From assembly GCF_038025025.1 (NCBI RefSeq), contig NW_027117338.1, positions 2,232,001 through 2,296,000 on the forward strand: a DNA stretch of 64,000 bases, read 5' to 3'. Shown one piece after another: positions 39,421 through 51,109 of this stretch. Made by a program: the position numbers and the translations under genes. Within the stretch, counting starts at the first letter, position 1; every line of letters begins with the position of its first letter. Below the pieces are notes generated by a model that did not search any database, was not told where the DNA came from, and saw only the letters and a list, made by a program, of their open reading frames with translations. This DNA is from Phyllosticta citribraziliensis (taxonomy: Eukaryota).

Positions 39421-39760
39421 ATCTCCTACGTCTTCATGGAGTAACTGGGATGGATTTGCATGAGAGTCTGTGACTTTCAAGCGGATTGGCCTTTTCACCA
39501 TTAGCATTTTCTTAATGGCGTTCACAATGGCCGGGATGGCTAGGAATCTGAATTCTTGAGGGAAGATTTAGATACCACATCAATGAATGATTGACGACTG
39601 TTCAACTCGATTGATCTCCAATAGCCAGTGAAACGACTCAAAACGTGACAACAATGTGAAATAGCTGGGATGAGAGCGGCAAAGGCAGAGAAGAAGATGC
39701 TGCGCTCCCGTGTTTGACTCGCGATGTATTATAACGCTCTATGTGACGAGTGAACCTCAA

Positions 39761-39875
39761 TCTAAGCTGGTGATGCATCCCAACACCTGGAGTGAATAAG
39801 GGACTTGATCTGAACCGGTAATACATCCCAACGCGTGAAGTGAAAGAGGAACTTGATCTGAGCTGGTAGATGCAT
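39761..39875. repeat. 48-bp tandem repeat, ~2.4 degenerate copies
   Basis: Units start at 39761, 39809 and 39857: TCTRARCYGGT..ATRCATCCCAAC..TGRAGTGAA..GRACTTGA. Confidence 0.85.
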
Positions 39876-40381
39876 TTTTGCTCGACCAAAGACTTTAGAT
39901 CAAGACATCAGAAGATCCGACTGTCAAGATGTCAGCAAGTGAATGGCACCAGCCAAGATACACAACGTTTGCCAAAGCTTTCTTTTCCCATTTGGGTTTG
40001 TGATGGAGCAGAGCGGGGTGATATTGCGCAATTCCCGCAACCGTGCGCCATGTTTTGCAGCTTGGGGCGAATTGGCATCATAGAGATCGATATCGACTGA
40101 TGGGATTCCCAGACAGGACCCACATGAAAAGCTGCCTGAAATCGGATTCCATCATGTTGCGCTCCTTCCTTGCCTTCCACCAGTTACCTATGCGTGACGT
40201 CACATGCTCATCGCGGCACCCACCCGACGGCAGCTAATATATTGGCAACCCATACATCCCAGCCCTCCAGTCCATCAGAACTTTCCAACAAACACCATCC
40301 ACTCTCACAGCTGCACCAGCCTCATCTGCCACGACTACCACCATCACTTCTTCACAATCCACGCAGCTTCATCCAAACAAA

Positions 40382-41191
40382 ATGCCCATCTCCGCTGGTA
40401 CCAAGGTACGGAAGCTCTCGTGTGCCCCGCTACCCCGCCCGTCTGCCCCTCACAGCCTCGCTCCTCAAAAAGCTCCAGCTTGCCATCACCTGGTAGAGAC
40501 TTGGAGACAGGTGGATGGTGGAAGCATTTTGCCTCGCATCGCATTTCCATTGCTACATTCAACAGCTTCTGACATTTCCGTGTAGGTCAACGACCCCAAC
40601 GCCGTCAAGTCTGAGGGCGCCGGTATCGTCACCAACGACAGCTTGGCTGCCGAGTCTGCACAGGGCTCTGGTGCCTTTGCCGCTGGTAACTCCAAGGCTG
40701 GCGTGTACGAGCAGCCTTCCTCCAGCACCACGACCAACAACACCAACACATCTGGCGCCACCGTGCTAGGCGCAGCTCCCACCGCTGACGCCCGCGAGGC
40801 TGAAGCTGAATGGGGTGAGACGGCCCAGCTCAATGCTGGTCGAAGCCTTGGAAAGGAGGGCGGCGTTGGTCCTACATACAACACCACTGGGGCTACCGGC
40901 GGCAGCGCCGAGTCTGCTGGACCTGCACCAACCTACGCCAACGTCGATCTATACCAGAGCGGTGGAAAGCCCAAGGGCAACAACCTTCAAGAGGGCGGTT
41001 TCGAAAGCACCGCGCCAAACGCCAGCTTCAACAATGAGATTGGCACCAAGAACGACCCTGGACGTGCTGCCGAGCTCAAGTTCCAGCGCAATGCTGTGCA
41101 GAGCGCTCAGGACTCTGCTACCGGACCGAGGCAGCAGAACGTTGACCCGAAGAACGACTTTGGCGTCTTGGGAGGGGATACGAGTGCATAG
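40382..41191 (+). CDS. Gly/Ala/Asn-rich hydrophilic fungal protein (~209 aa)
   Basis: Exon 1 40382-40405 (MPISAGTK), intron 40406-40585, exon 2 40586-41191 with DSLAAES, KPKGNNLQEGGF and IGTKNDPGRAAE; biased codon usage. Confidence 0.85.
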
Positions 41192-41570
41192 ATGAAAAAA
41201 GGGACTTGAATGGATTGAACGAGATCATGACATGTACTATTAATAGGTTGGGGAGTTGAGGTTCAACGATATCCTCTGGCCAGGAACCAATGAATGAAAC
41301 AAGTGAGAAATGACCAAGGTGCAGAATTGAAGAGTGAAAGTTTCATGCATGTGCTGAAGTGGAGGGAGCGCGCGTCGCGTCGTCGCAGGAGTTGGGCCGA
41401 GCGGGACAACTCCTCGAATGCGGAAGTTGAGCACAGACCAGCGACGGCGAAGATGAGGTCCAGGTGGCTTCTTCCGACCACCATGCTCGCGACGCCGTCC
41501 GCCAACAGCTTTTCTTGCAGACTTTCGCCAGGCTGGTCCATGTAGCGCCAACTGCTGACATACTGCTGCC

Positions 41571-42866
41571 ATGAACGGATTCGCCGACCGCGGCCTCAGC
41601 GAGGGGGACTTTGAGGGGAAGAGCGCGCTCAAGGCCTTTGATGCGTTCCGTAAGTAGACGCTCGACCTCCGCCCAGCTCCCTTGCGCCGCTTGAGCGCCC
41701 TCACGCGCAACGCCCACAAGACGTTTGCGCCCATTTCAACCGCCTCCTCCGCAGCTACCGTGTCAATTATGGAACTAATTCGCCGTCACAGCCAAGACCA
41801 AGGCCAGCTACCTCCAACAGACGTCCTCGGGCGCGAATTGGACTCTTCTCCTCATCGTAACATGCGTATGGCTGTCGATTACCGAGTCGATGCGGTGGTG
41901 GGTAGGCACAACCCACCACACCTTTAGCGTTGAAAAGGGCATCTCCCACGACCTTCAAATCAACCTCGACATCGTGGTTGCGATGCAGTGCAAGGACCTC
42001 AACGTCAACGTGCAAGACGCCTCCGGCGATCGCATCCTGGCCGGTGACACCCTCAAAATGGATCCGACGCGGTGGAACTGGTGGAAGGAGAAGAGCAAGA
42101 ATATCCACAAGCTGGGAAATGACCAGGGCAAGAACCGCTACCACGAAGAGGACGTTCACGATTACCTCGGAGCGGCCAAGGCCAAGAGAAGGTTTCCCAA
42201 GACGCCAAAGCTGAGGGGAACTCCGGACTCTTGCAGGATATACGGCACGCTGGAGGGGAACAAGGTGCAAGGAGACTTCCACATTACTGCAAGAGGCCAC
42301 GGCTACATGGCCTTTGGGGACCATCTGCCCCATGACGGCAAGTACCCTTTCAACCCAAAGGAACTCTACATTCTAACCCTAGCGCCTCAGAGTTCAATTT
42401 CTCCCACCAGATCAACGAGCTGTCCTTTGGTCCGTACTATCCCTCGCTCCACAACCCGCTGGACAACACTCGCGCCTTTATTCCCACCAAGGACGATCAC
42501 TTTTACAAGTTCCAGTACTACATCTCGGTCGTGCCGACGCTGTACACCGACACGCGCTCCAAAATCTTCACGAACCAATATGCGGTGACGGAGCAGTCTC
42601 ATGCCGTCCCGGAGATGGCGGTACCTGGCGTCTTTGTCAAGTTTGACATTGAGCCAATCATGCTCACCATTTCGGAAGAGAACGGGGGCCTCATTGCTCT
42701 CCTCGTCCGGCTGGTCAACGTGGTGAGCGGCGTCATGGTTGCAGGAGGCTGGTGCTTCAGAGTGGGCGAGGCCATTATAAGCGCGTGGGGTAGGAGGAGC
42801 CGGAGAAGCGATGGTCTCGGTGTACTTCACGGGAGGAGCGCGAGCATGGAGGAAAAGAAAATCTAG
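41571..42866 (+). CDS. ERV41: ER-Golgi vesicle protein Erv41 (ERGIC2-like)
   Basis: LKAFDAFPKT, N-terminal TM, LQINLDIVVAMQC, CRIYGTLEGNKVQGDFHITARGHGY, FNFSHQINELSFG, PGVFVKFDIEPI, C-terminal TM. Exons 41571-41649, 41792-42337, 42391-42866. Confidence 0.93.
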
Positions 42867-43793
42867 ACGTGACCTTTTGGATTCGCAGGTGGCTGGCGTT
42901 TGGGACAGGATGGAGCGTTGCATATACAGGCTTTGTACATAGCGTATTCAATTGTGTCTGACCAGAGACCATCAACGTTGTGCATGCGCCGAGTTGTAGC
43001 CTCATGTCTCTGATCGGCGTTATCGATAGTGCAGGGATCAAGTATCCTGCGTCAAGCTCCAAGTCTTTCATCATTCCGCCCTCATCCCGCGTCTCTATTC
43101 TGGTCCCTGTCCATCATCGTGTTCTCCCTTGTGCACTTTTAGAAAGACAGCCCTTGACCGGTCCTGACCACCACCCTCTCGACCGGCACCACCACAACTC
43201 AAAAAAGGTGAGCTGTCGCAGCCCTCTTGATCCCTCTACTCCTCCACACCCGGGAGACGGCTTGAATCGGCCCTTGCTTGTTCCCGTACCCGCTTGCCCA
43301 TCTTGCCACCAATTCGATATGGCCTCCTGTCAGCTGCGCCCGGTTTACCGACTTCAGGCGCGTGCCTGGCCTTGTTCCAGGACCATGCTTGTCTGGGACT
43401 AGACCGCGGACGCGTGTGGCGTGCAGAGGTCGACTGAGAGGACAATGCTCTGGCGCCCCAGCCGGCTGCTTCGCCGAGCAAATAATGGGCGTGGTGTATG
43501 CGCAGCTGGCGGCGGCGCCGCCGCCTGTGCCCATTATTTCTCAGCATACCACACGCATTTCCCAAGCCCTCTAGCAGGCCCGCCGGTTCCCTTGCATAGC
43601 CGCCTCTGCACTTCTTCCCGACATAGCGCCATTTTCCCCTTCTGATAAAACCTTATCTCTGGCTCCTGCATCTCGTTGTAAACTTTTCTTCTTGCGCGGC
43701 GTGTACTTGGCCATCACAGTCATTCGAGCATTCAACACCACCGAAACTCCCCCGTTTTTGAAAACCGAATCCGAAGAATTTCCTCTTTTGAAT

Positions 43794-45661
43794 ATGGAGC
43801 GCCGCGCTTACCGTTCGTCCAATCAGGGCTACAACAGCGACGGCAGCCCGGACCGTATGCAGCAAGACTTGCAGAGCAGTCCTCATCGCCGAAATTTTGG
43901 CCAAGACGTCAACGGCGCGAGCATGAATCCGATAATACGACGCGCCTTGCCCCATGGAAGGAAGCCTCATGTTGGCATCGTCGGCGCGGGCGTGAGTGGC
44001 TTGCGCTGTGCAGACATTCTGATCCAGGCGGGGCACAAGGTCACGATCCTGGAAGCAAGAGACCGAATAGGGGGCCGGGTGAGTTGAGAATTTTGATATG
44101 GAAACTACCCACGTGTGCTAAGACTTTGACAGCTCTGCCAAGCAAAGGTGAAGGGAAATCTCGTGGACCTGTATGTTTGGCATCTAGGAATGGTGCTTGA
44201 TGACACGCCTTGACTAACTTTGAATGTGCGGAAACGTTCAGTGGACCAAACTGGATACATGGGACTGAGGATAATCCAATCCTAGACCTGGCAAAGGAGA
44301 CCAACACCGTTACTCACAACTGGGATGGCCGCCAGTGCATTTATGATCAGCAAGGCAATGCGCTCCCCGAAGAAGAGGCCGCAGAGGCCGCAGAGACAAT
44401 ATGGAGCATCATCGGCGACGGCATGGAGTATGCCAAGGAGCACAGCGCGTCGATACCCCCTAGCAAAAGCCTCCTTGACTATCTCGAAGAGGAGACCAAG
44501 GAGCTGTACCGGAGCACGGATCTGAACGAGGTGGCCAAGCAGAAGAAGAGAAATCTTCTTCTGAAGATTGCCGAGATGTGGGGAGCCTTTGTCGGGAGTG
44601 GCGTTGAAAGGCAGAGCCTGAGATTCTTCTGGCTGGAGGAGTGCATCGACGGCGACAACCTCTTTGTTGCGGGGACGTACAAGAATATTCTGGAAAGAAT
44701 AGCTGAGCCCGCGCTCCAAGGCGCGGATATTCAGTTTGGCCAGTGTGTGCGGAATGTCGAAACCAAATACGAGGATGGCGCGGCAACCAAAGTCGAAGTC
44801 GAGGTGGCAGGTGGAAAGACATTCGACTTTGACGAAGTGGTCATGACGACGCCACTGGGGTGGCTAAAAAGAAATCAGTTCGTTTTTGTCCCAGACCTCC
44901 CCAAAGATGTCTCCCAGGCGATTCACAACTTGGGCTACGGCTGTCTGGACAAGATCTACATCACGTTCCCGAAGGCCTTTTGGAACACGGCTCCAGTAAG
45001 CAAGACCAACATCCCCACAACGGCCAGGACCTCGATACCAAACACGACGGCTACGACGGCGCCCGTCCACTCGATAGACCCCAACGCCGCGCCGTCGACG
45101 CACCACCCGGGCTTCACGCAATGGACAGCGCCGCTGTACGCCCCGGACACCAACCCCTTGTCCTGGAACCAAGAGTGCGTCAACATGGCCGCACTGCCCT
45201 CGGGGTCCGCGCACCCAACGCTCCTCTTCTACACCTTCGGCCCAACATCCGAGCACATAGCCTCGATCCTGTCCTTCGACAGCTCCTCGCCGCACGACCC
45301 GTCGCCCGCAGCAACGGCGCGGCTCCTCGCCTTCTTCGCGCCCTACTACTCGCGCCTGCCCAACTTCGACGCCGCCGACCCGGCGTGCGCGCCGCAGGCC
45401 GTCCTCGCCACCGCCTGGGCCGCCGACGAGCTGGCCGGCTACGGCAGCTACTGCAACTTCCCCGTCGGCTTGGAGCAGGGCGATCGCGACGTCGAGGCGC
45501 TGCGCCGCGGCCTGCCCGACCGCCGTGTCTGGCTGGCCGGCGAGCACACGGCCAGCTTTTTGGCGCTGGGCACCGTCACGGGGGCGTATTGGAGTGGTGA
45601 GGGTGTGGGGAGGTGGATTGAGAGCGCTTATGGTGGTGGGAATGGGGCGGTGAAGAATTAG
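43794..45661 (+). CDS. Flavin-containing amine oxidase (polyamine oxidase-like)
   Basis: VGIVGAGVSG..EARDRIGGR, LGPNWIHG, TTPLGWLK, GSY and AGEHT..GTVTGAYWSG. Exons 43794-44078, 44133-44170, 44242-45661; start codon uncertain. Confidence 0.92.
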
Positions 45662-46344
45662 GATCGAGTAGTACGGTTTGCGGAAAGGGAATAGGAGGCA
45701 CGTGGGTTGATCTGAAGTTGCTGTGGTAGTCGTTGGCTGCACGGGCATGCATTGTATCCGCGAAGACGTATCATGCACATTGGATCTTCTATTTACTCCA
45801 CTGCAAACAGAGCCCTCATCATGCGTTAAACAATCAATATCTGCTGGTAAATGCCTCCTGAACAGAGAAAGTTGCAATGTCTATAACCGTTAAAAGATCC
45901 TTTTCTTTTACAAGTCATCTGGCGGCTGAGATGCCATTTGATTTCGTGCTCAAGCTTCCCGCAGGCTTCAAAAGCCTTGCGGGCTTCTCGGGCCGCATCT
46001 TGAACCTGCCCCTGGACCTGGGAGAGCTGGCAGCGAGACTCATCAAGATTACCTGACCCATGGCCCTGGTGGTCAGCCTCCAACTAGGCTTGAGAAGCAG
46101 TCGACGAAGAAGCGAGTCCTCCAAACCGTAGGCGGAGATTTCCATGCAGTGCTAGTGTTGTGTCTCTAGCGGCACTTGCTCGCGCTTGGCCACACTTCCA
46201 GAGCGCGGTGGCCCGTCACTTTCGCCTTAGTAGCAGCGTCTCAACGAAAGAGCGAGAGAAGACGGACAGAAGAATCTCTGGGTGGCAAGAAAATCTGGGA
46301 GGATGGCGGGAAGCCTTCTAGGAGACTTTCGTGAACAAAGATCG

Positions 46345-47183
46345 TCAGTGCTCTTTAGGGGACTCGGGCTCTGACGGGAGACTTTCGAGGCTTCGAGACT
46401 GCGAACGATTAGCTGGTTGGGAAACAAGCCGGCGGGCTATGCAAACTACCTTGTAACGACGCTGTCCGCCGGCGCCGTACGAGACCTCGACTAACTGTAC
46501 AGGTCGGGAGTCGGGTCTGTTTCTGTCTGGACAAGAAGGCTGCAACTGCTGAGGTTGGCTGTTGGCGACCGGCTTGCCTTCAAGAGGGGATGCATAGCGC
46601 GTCGGCAGAGGCTGCGTCAAGAGAAGGTGTCTGAAGTTGGGGCCGTAGACTTGGTCGGGATGAGAGTATCTGTGAAGACCTGGACGTTCCTCTCGAGTGC
46701 TGTCCTCTCCGCCAGAATCAGGCTCGCTATTGTCCGTCTCGGAAAGACTCGTTGGGAGTGCTGTTATCGATCCATGTTCCGGTGTCTCTGCGGTCCATGT
46801 TGGCAAGGACTTGCAAGCCTTTTGAGGAGAACTTAAGCCGTCTCCACCATTTTCAAGACTGTCTCTCTTTGCGAGGCCAAGGTCCGAGATTTTCTTCGTC
46901 TTTTCCTGCTCATTATCATACCGCTCATTCGGGCTTCCAGATTCGTTCTGTTCGGCTTCGACATGGGGCCTTATCGTGGCTGTGCGAAGTAATCCTGGAG
47001 GTTTCTGAGCAATGGTACGTTTTCGCTTGTTGGCTTTCAAATCCTCGATGTTTGCGGATCTTGGTTCTGGTTCCTTCGCAGATTCTACAGGCTTGACATC
47101 CTGCGGACTATAACGCGCCGGTTCGTACCGGTCAGGCTCGAGACCACGCTTCTTCTCCTTATTTCCAGCGTGATGGGCCATTC
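46345..47183 (-). CDS. Hypothetical low-complexity protein, possibly degenerate; exon structure unclear
   Basis: About 280-codon open frame from an ATG near 47183, hydrophilic, no recognised domain; further ORF fragments continue to ~45830. Confidence 0.35.
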
Positions 47184-48757
47184 TTAGGGAAACTCTTGAA
47201 TCTGGCTTTCCGATGATGTTGGAGGTAGTTTGGTGGGCCGTGGTCGTCGTCGAGCTGCAGCAATTTATTCTGGTAATCAACCTGACGCCGAGATGACGGT
47301 TGTTCGATGATGGAGCGGTTGCTATAGTGTCTTGCTGAAAAATGTATACGTTGGTAGGGGACTGTGACTGGCTTTCTGGGTTCCAACACTTTATATTGAC
47401 GGCATCGAGTTGTCATCCTGGTAAGCCATCTTTGGAACCCAGGGAGTTGCAAAATTCACCTGAGCCTACATTCCCAGCTTGAAGCTGGGCTCAACCACTC
47501 AAGAGGTGTCGCAAACAGTCGAGAGCAGAATTTGTGGCTTCTTGCAGTTTCGACTGATTTCAACTTCGGACAGTTCAAAGTTGAGGGGATCCTGCAGGCG
47601 ATGGAGTGAGTGGTTGCCGCCTGTTCACATGGCCCTCTGCACCAAACCTCAACAAAACTCGGGATTTGCAAAACTCTGTACTTGAGACTGTGGGAAAAGA
47701 ATACGGTTACGTGCCTACTGTTGATATTCTGAAAGCGATGACGGAGTAATTGATAGACCCTTTCCAAAGAACGTGGTGATATGGGTTGGTGCATTGCTGG
47801 CATGCACTAAAATCATGATCATCGCCCGTTATTGGAACCTGTCCCTGAGCAGCCTGAGAAAGCTCTAAATGGGTTACGCGGCTGCTTAAGGTTAGCGCAA
47901 AACTTTCTTATAACGTTCGTCGAAGTGAGGAATAATGGATCAGATAAACCAGACATGGAAAAAGTTCATCGTAAGGTCATTGAGTTTGAAGTGCATGCGA
48001 ACGAAATAAAAAAGTCGGAAAAGTCATTTTCCCTTGCTGTAGCAGAGACTGTGCAACCTGGTTGGGCTTCTTACATTCACACTGGGTTTCATGATAGCGC
48101 AGAATTTTGACCGGCGAATGAGTGCTCTTGGCGATCCACTGGGTACTCAATAAAACTTCCTGCTGTTAGACACGCGAAAGCGCCCCCTGACACAGGACCA
48201 TGGCCTTTGATGATCTAGTTCTTCTTCCTCTTTATGTGTCTGTAAGATCTGCATTCTCATGCACTGACATGGGATTTGGACCTGATAGACTGATGTTGCT
48301 TGCGAGTCCTGAGCTATCTCCGACAGAAGCCAAGTGTATGGGGTTTTGGCTTTGCGAGCGGCTCCGGTTGGAGACGCAGGCGACTTTTACAGGCTGCAGT
48401 GAGCAGCGTTGCATTATCTTTAGAACAAATTTCCATTTCCTAGCACAATTTAGTCGATGATATAGCCCGATGAAGATGAAAATGGGTGACAAACAGCTGC
48501 ATGTGCCTTTTTTTCTAGAGATGGAGCGATGAACAGGGCTCGAGGGGTCTGGGTCTGGTACCTGGAGGACGGAGGCGTGGCTCCTTCCATCGCAGTCTCT
48601 TGCGCGGGTCCTTGTTATGGCAACTGCCCGACAACACCTGAGCCGAGCGCCCACCCTCGGCGCAGCACAAACATCGTGCCTCTGCTGTCGTAATTGTTGG
48701 TTCTTCCCGTCTTCCTCATCTTCACAACAACACCCTGACCATCCACCAGCTTCCATC

Positions 48758-50614
48758 ATGGCAGCTACCCGCGCTGCGAAAGCTGGCAAAGCCAGCAAAG
48801 CCGGTGCTCCTCAAGCAACCTCCCAAGCTGCTTCGGGCACAGCGACCCGCTCCAGAGCGAAGCAGCAAGCGACCAAACCGTCAGCCCCGTCTGATCTGCC
48901 GGCCTCGTCCTTGCCCCCCAAAACCAGGAGCCGCGCAGCGAAGGCGTCCGCCGTGCCTGCGCAGCCTGCGTTATCCGATCGACCGGCACCGTCCTCCATG
49001 CCTCCACCAAAGACTCGTGGTAAAAGAAACACGAAGACGTCGACTGCGGCCGCCCAGTCTGCCCCAGCGTCTGCCGCACCCTCGGCCTCTCCCGCCAAGA
49101 ATCAGACCAGGAAACGCAAGGCCTCGACGCCCCTTGAGGAGTCAGCGCCTTCACCGCCACCAAAGGCCAAGTCCGGCCGGCGCGTTGCCAGCAAGGCTCC
49201 TAGGAAGGACTCCGCGTCTGCTCTTGACCCTGCCCCGATGCTCAGCGATGTGCCCAAAGAGAAGAACGATGTCAAGGAACCAGAGCCAGTGTACCGCAAG
49301 GAAGGCGGACAGGAGCAAGACACAGACTCTTCGCTCTCTTCACTCCAGTCCACAGACTTTGATGAAGAAACCAAGAATGCGGTTCAAGGCCAAAAGCTGG
49401 TGAAGGCTGCGACAGTCTCAGCAGTGAACCAAGACCTGAACTCTTCCATGGGGACTGCCACTACAACAAGTGCGCCCAAGCCAGGCGATGCTTTGCAAAC
49501 CAGCAGCGATGCCGCAGCCACCACCACTGCCCAAGGCAAGAAGTCGGAGGCGAACACTGCACCAGTTTCGACGGCCGATCTGGAGCCAAGCTCTTCCACC
49601 ACAACCATCAACGCGGTGGACTTGCCCATCCCGACACCCAATCTCAAGGCCAACAAGCGTGCCGCACCTACTGCGCAGGGTCAGAAGTCGCAGAAGAAGG
49701 CTGCTACGGCCTCCAAAGACACCAAGAAGCCGGCCCCTACCACGAAGAAAACAGCTGCGGCAAACGTGCCTGACCCAGTGCCTGCTCCCAGGAACGACAG
49801 CAGTGCCACGAGCAGCACGATCCAAGACCAGGGTCTGCACACACAGGCCACCGCAGGCGTTGACGAACCGACGACGACCATTACGGCAGACGCTTCCGAT
49901 TCCATCCCAGCTCTTACCATCACCGGTGGCACCTCGACAGCCCATGCCCAAGGTCCAAAGTCAGTCTTGAACGAGAAGCCAACATTGTCCACCTCTGAGA
50001 CGCCAGAAGCTGCTACGACCAAGACCCAGCCCCAGCCGACCCCAGCTGCCAAAGCTCACGAAGATGCCGAAGACGCCCCCAAGGAACTCCAAGCCGAAGA
50101 TTCTACAGCTCTTACCCAGGACCAGTGCAGTCTGCCGGCTTCAGCGCATGAAGGTGCTGCCACAAGTGCGCCTGAACCTGGCGCCTCAAACACCACACCA
50201 GCGTTGGTTCCAGATGGTTCTCTGCAGAGCAAGAACGTCCCGTCACTCCGTGGCGCCTCTTTGACCTCCGCTACCATATCCGCCTCCTCCCCTTTCTCGG
50301 TTGAAATGAACCCTCCGACCCCAGCTACGCCAACGACAACCACGGAGACAGGCCCGAATACTCTCAGCGAGAAGGAAGCCAACGCTCCATTGGCAGAAGC
50401 ATCGAACGTCACCGAAGACCTTCTGCTTGCAGGCCAGAGCTTCAAAGTTCTGTGGCCAGTCTATGAGCAAGTCCGGGAGATAGTCGAGATGAAGGAGTGC
50501 CAGAGCAAGGAGGTTACTGACGCGGAGCGAAAGCTCATGTGGCAACTGTACGAGCAGTGCAGGGAGCTGAAGACCCAGTTGGAGGAGCACGAGGCGAGCA
50601 AGGACAAGAAGTGA
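48758..50614 (+). CDS. Ala/Thr/Ser/Pro/Lys-rich repetitive orphan protein with a C-terminal helical segment
   Basis: 618-codon frame from ATG 48758 (context CATCATGG); basic N-terminal part, degenerate internal repeats, coiled-coil-like C-terminus. Confidence 0.75.
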   Translation: MAATRAAKAGKASKAGAPQATSQAASGTATRSRAKQQATKPSAPSDLPASSLPPKTRSRAAKASAVPAQPALSDRPAPSSMPPPKTRGKRNTKTSTAAAQSAPASAAPSASPAKNQTRKRKASTPLEESAPSPPPKAKSGRRVASKAPRKDSASALDPAPMLSDVPKEKNDVKEPEPVYRKEGGQEQDTDSSLSSLQSTDFDEETKNAVQGQKLVKAATVSAVNQDLNSSMGTATTTSAPKPGDALQTSSDAAATTTAQGKKSEANTAPVSTADLEPSSSTTTINAVDLPIPTPNLKANKRAAPTAQGQKSQKKAATASKDTKKPAPTTKKTAAANVPDPVPAPRNDSSATSSTIQDQGLHTQATAGVDEPTTTITADASDSIPALTITGGTSTAHAQGPKSVLNEKPTLSTSETPEAATTKTQPQPTPAAKAHEDAEDAPKELQAEDSTALTQDQCSLPASAHEGAATSAPEPGASNTTPALVPDGSLQSKNVPSLRGASLTSATISASSPFSVEMNPPTPATPTTTTETGPNTLSEKEANAPLAEASNVTEDLLLAGQSFKVLWPVYEQVREIVEMKECQSKEVTDAERKLMWQLYEQCRELKTQLEEHEASKDKK

Positions 50615-51109
50615 GGTGGGTACTGAGAGGCACACGTGGATGGAGGTCGTGTGTCTCTTGGCATTTGTTTGCCCGCCCAGCAGCAGCTTGGAAAATTTGT
50701 GCGTGGAGGACATAATTGGACACAGAAAGACAACGGGAAACGGTTCGTTTTAAGCTGGGCTTAATTCAGACGGGCGAACGGGAAGCTTTCTGGACGAATC
50801 GGTATTCGAAAGGGGGTCAGCGATTGGTCTTGAACGTGGAGAGAATCACATACCCTGGTTTCTGCAATTGTCCAACAGCCGAGCTTGAGCGCTGGATGGT
50901 GACTGGCTTTGAACGTCTTGAGATAGAAAAGTAGGAAAACCCAAAAAACATAGTGGAAATGGCAAGCCATGATTCCTACAACTCTGATCATGCAGTCTAA
51001 AAGCTCAAATGCTACCGCCCAAACACCAAATCCAGAACTGCTACGTAATGCGAGAGATGCGAGTAAGATGGACGAAAGATCAAAGAAGTTGGTGTATCGT
51101 TTGCCCTCC

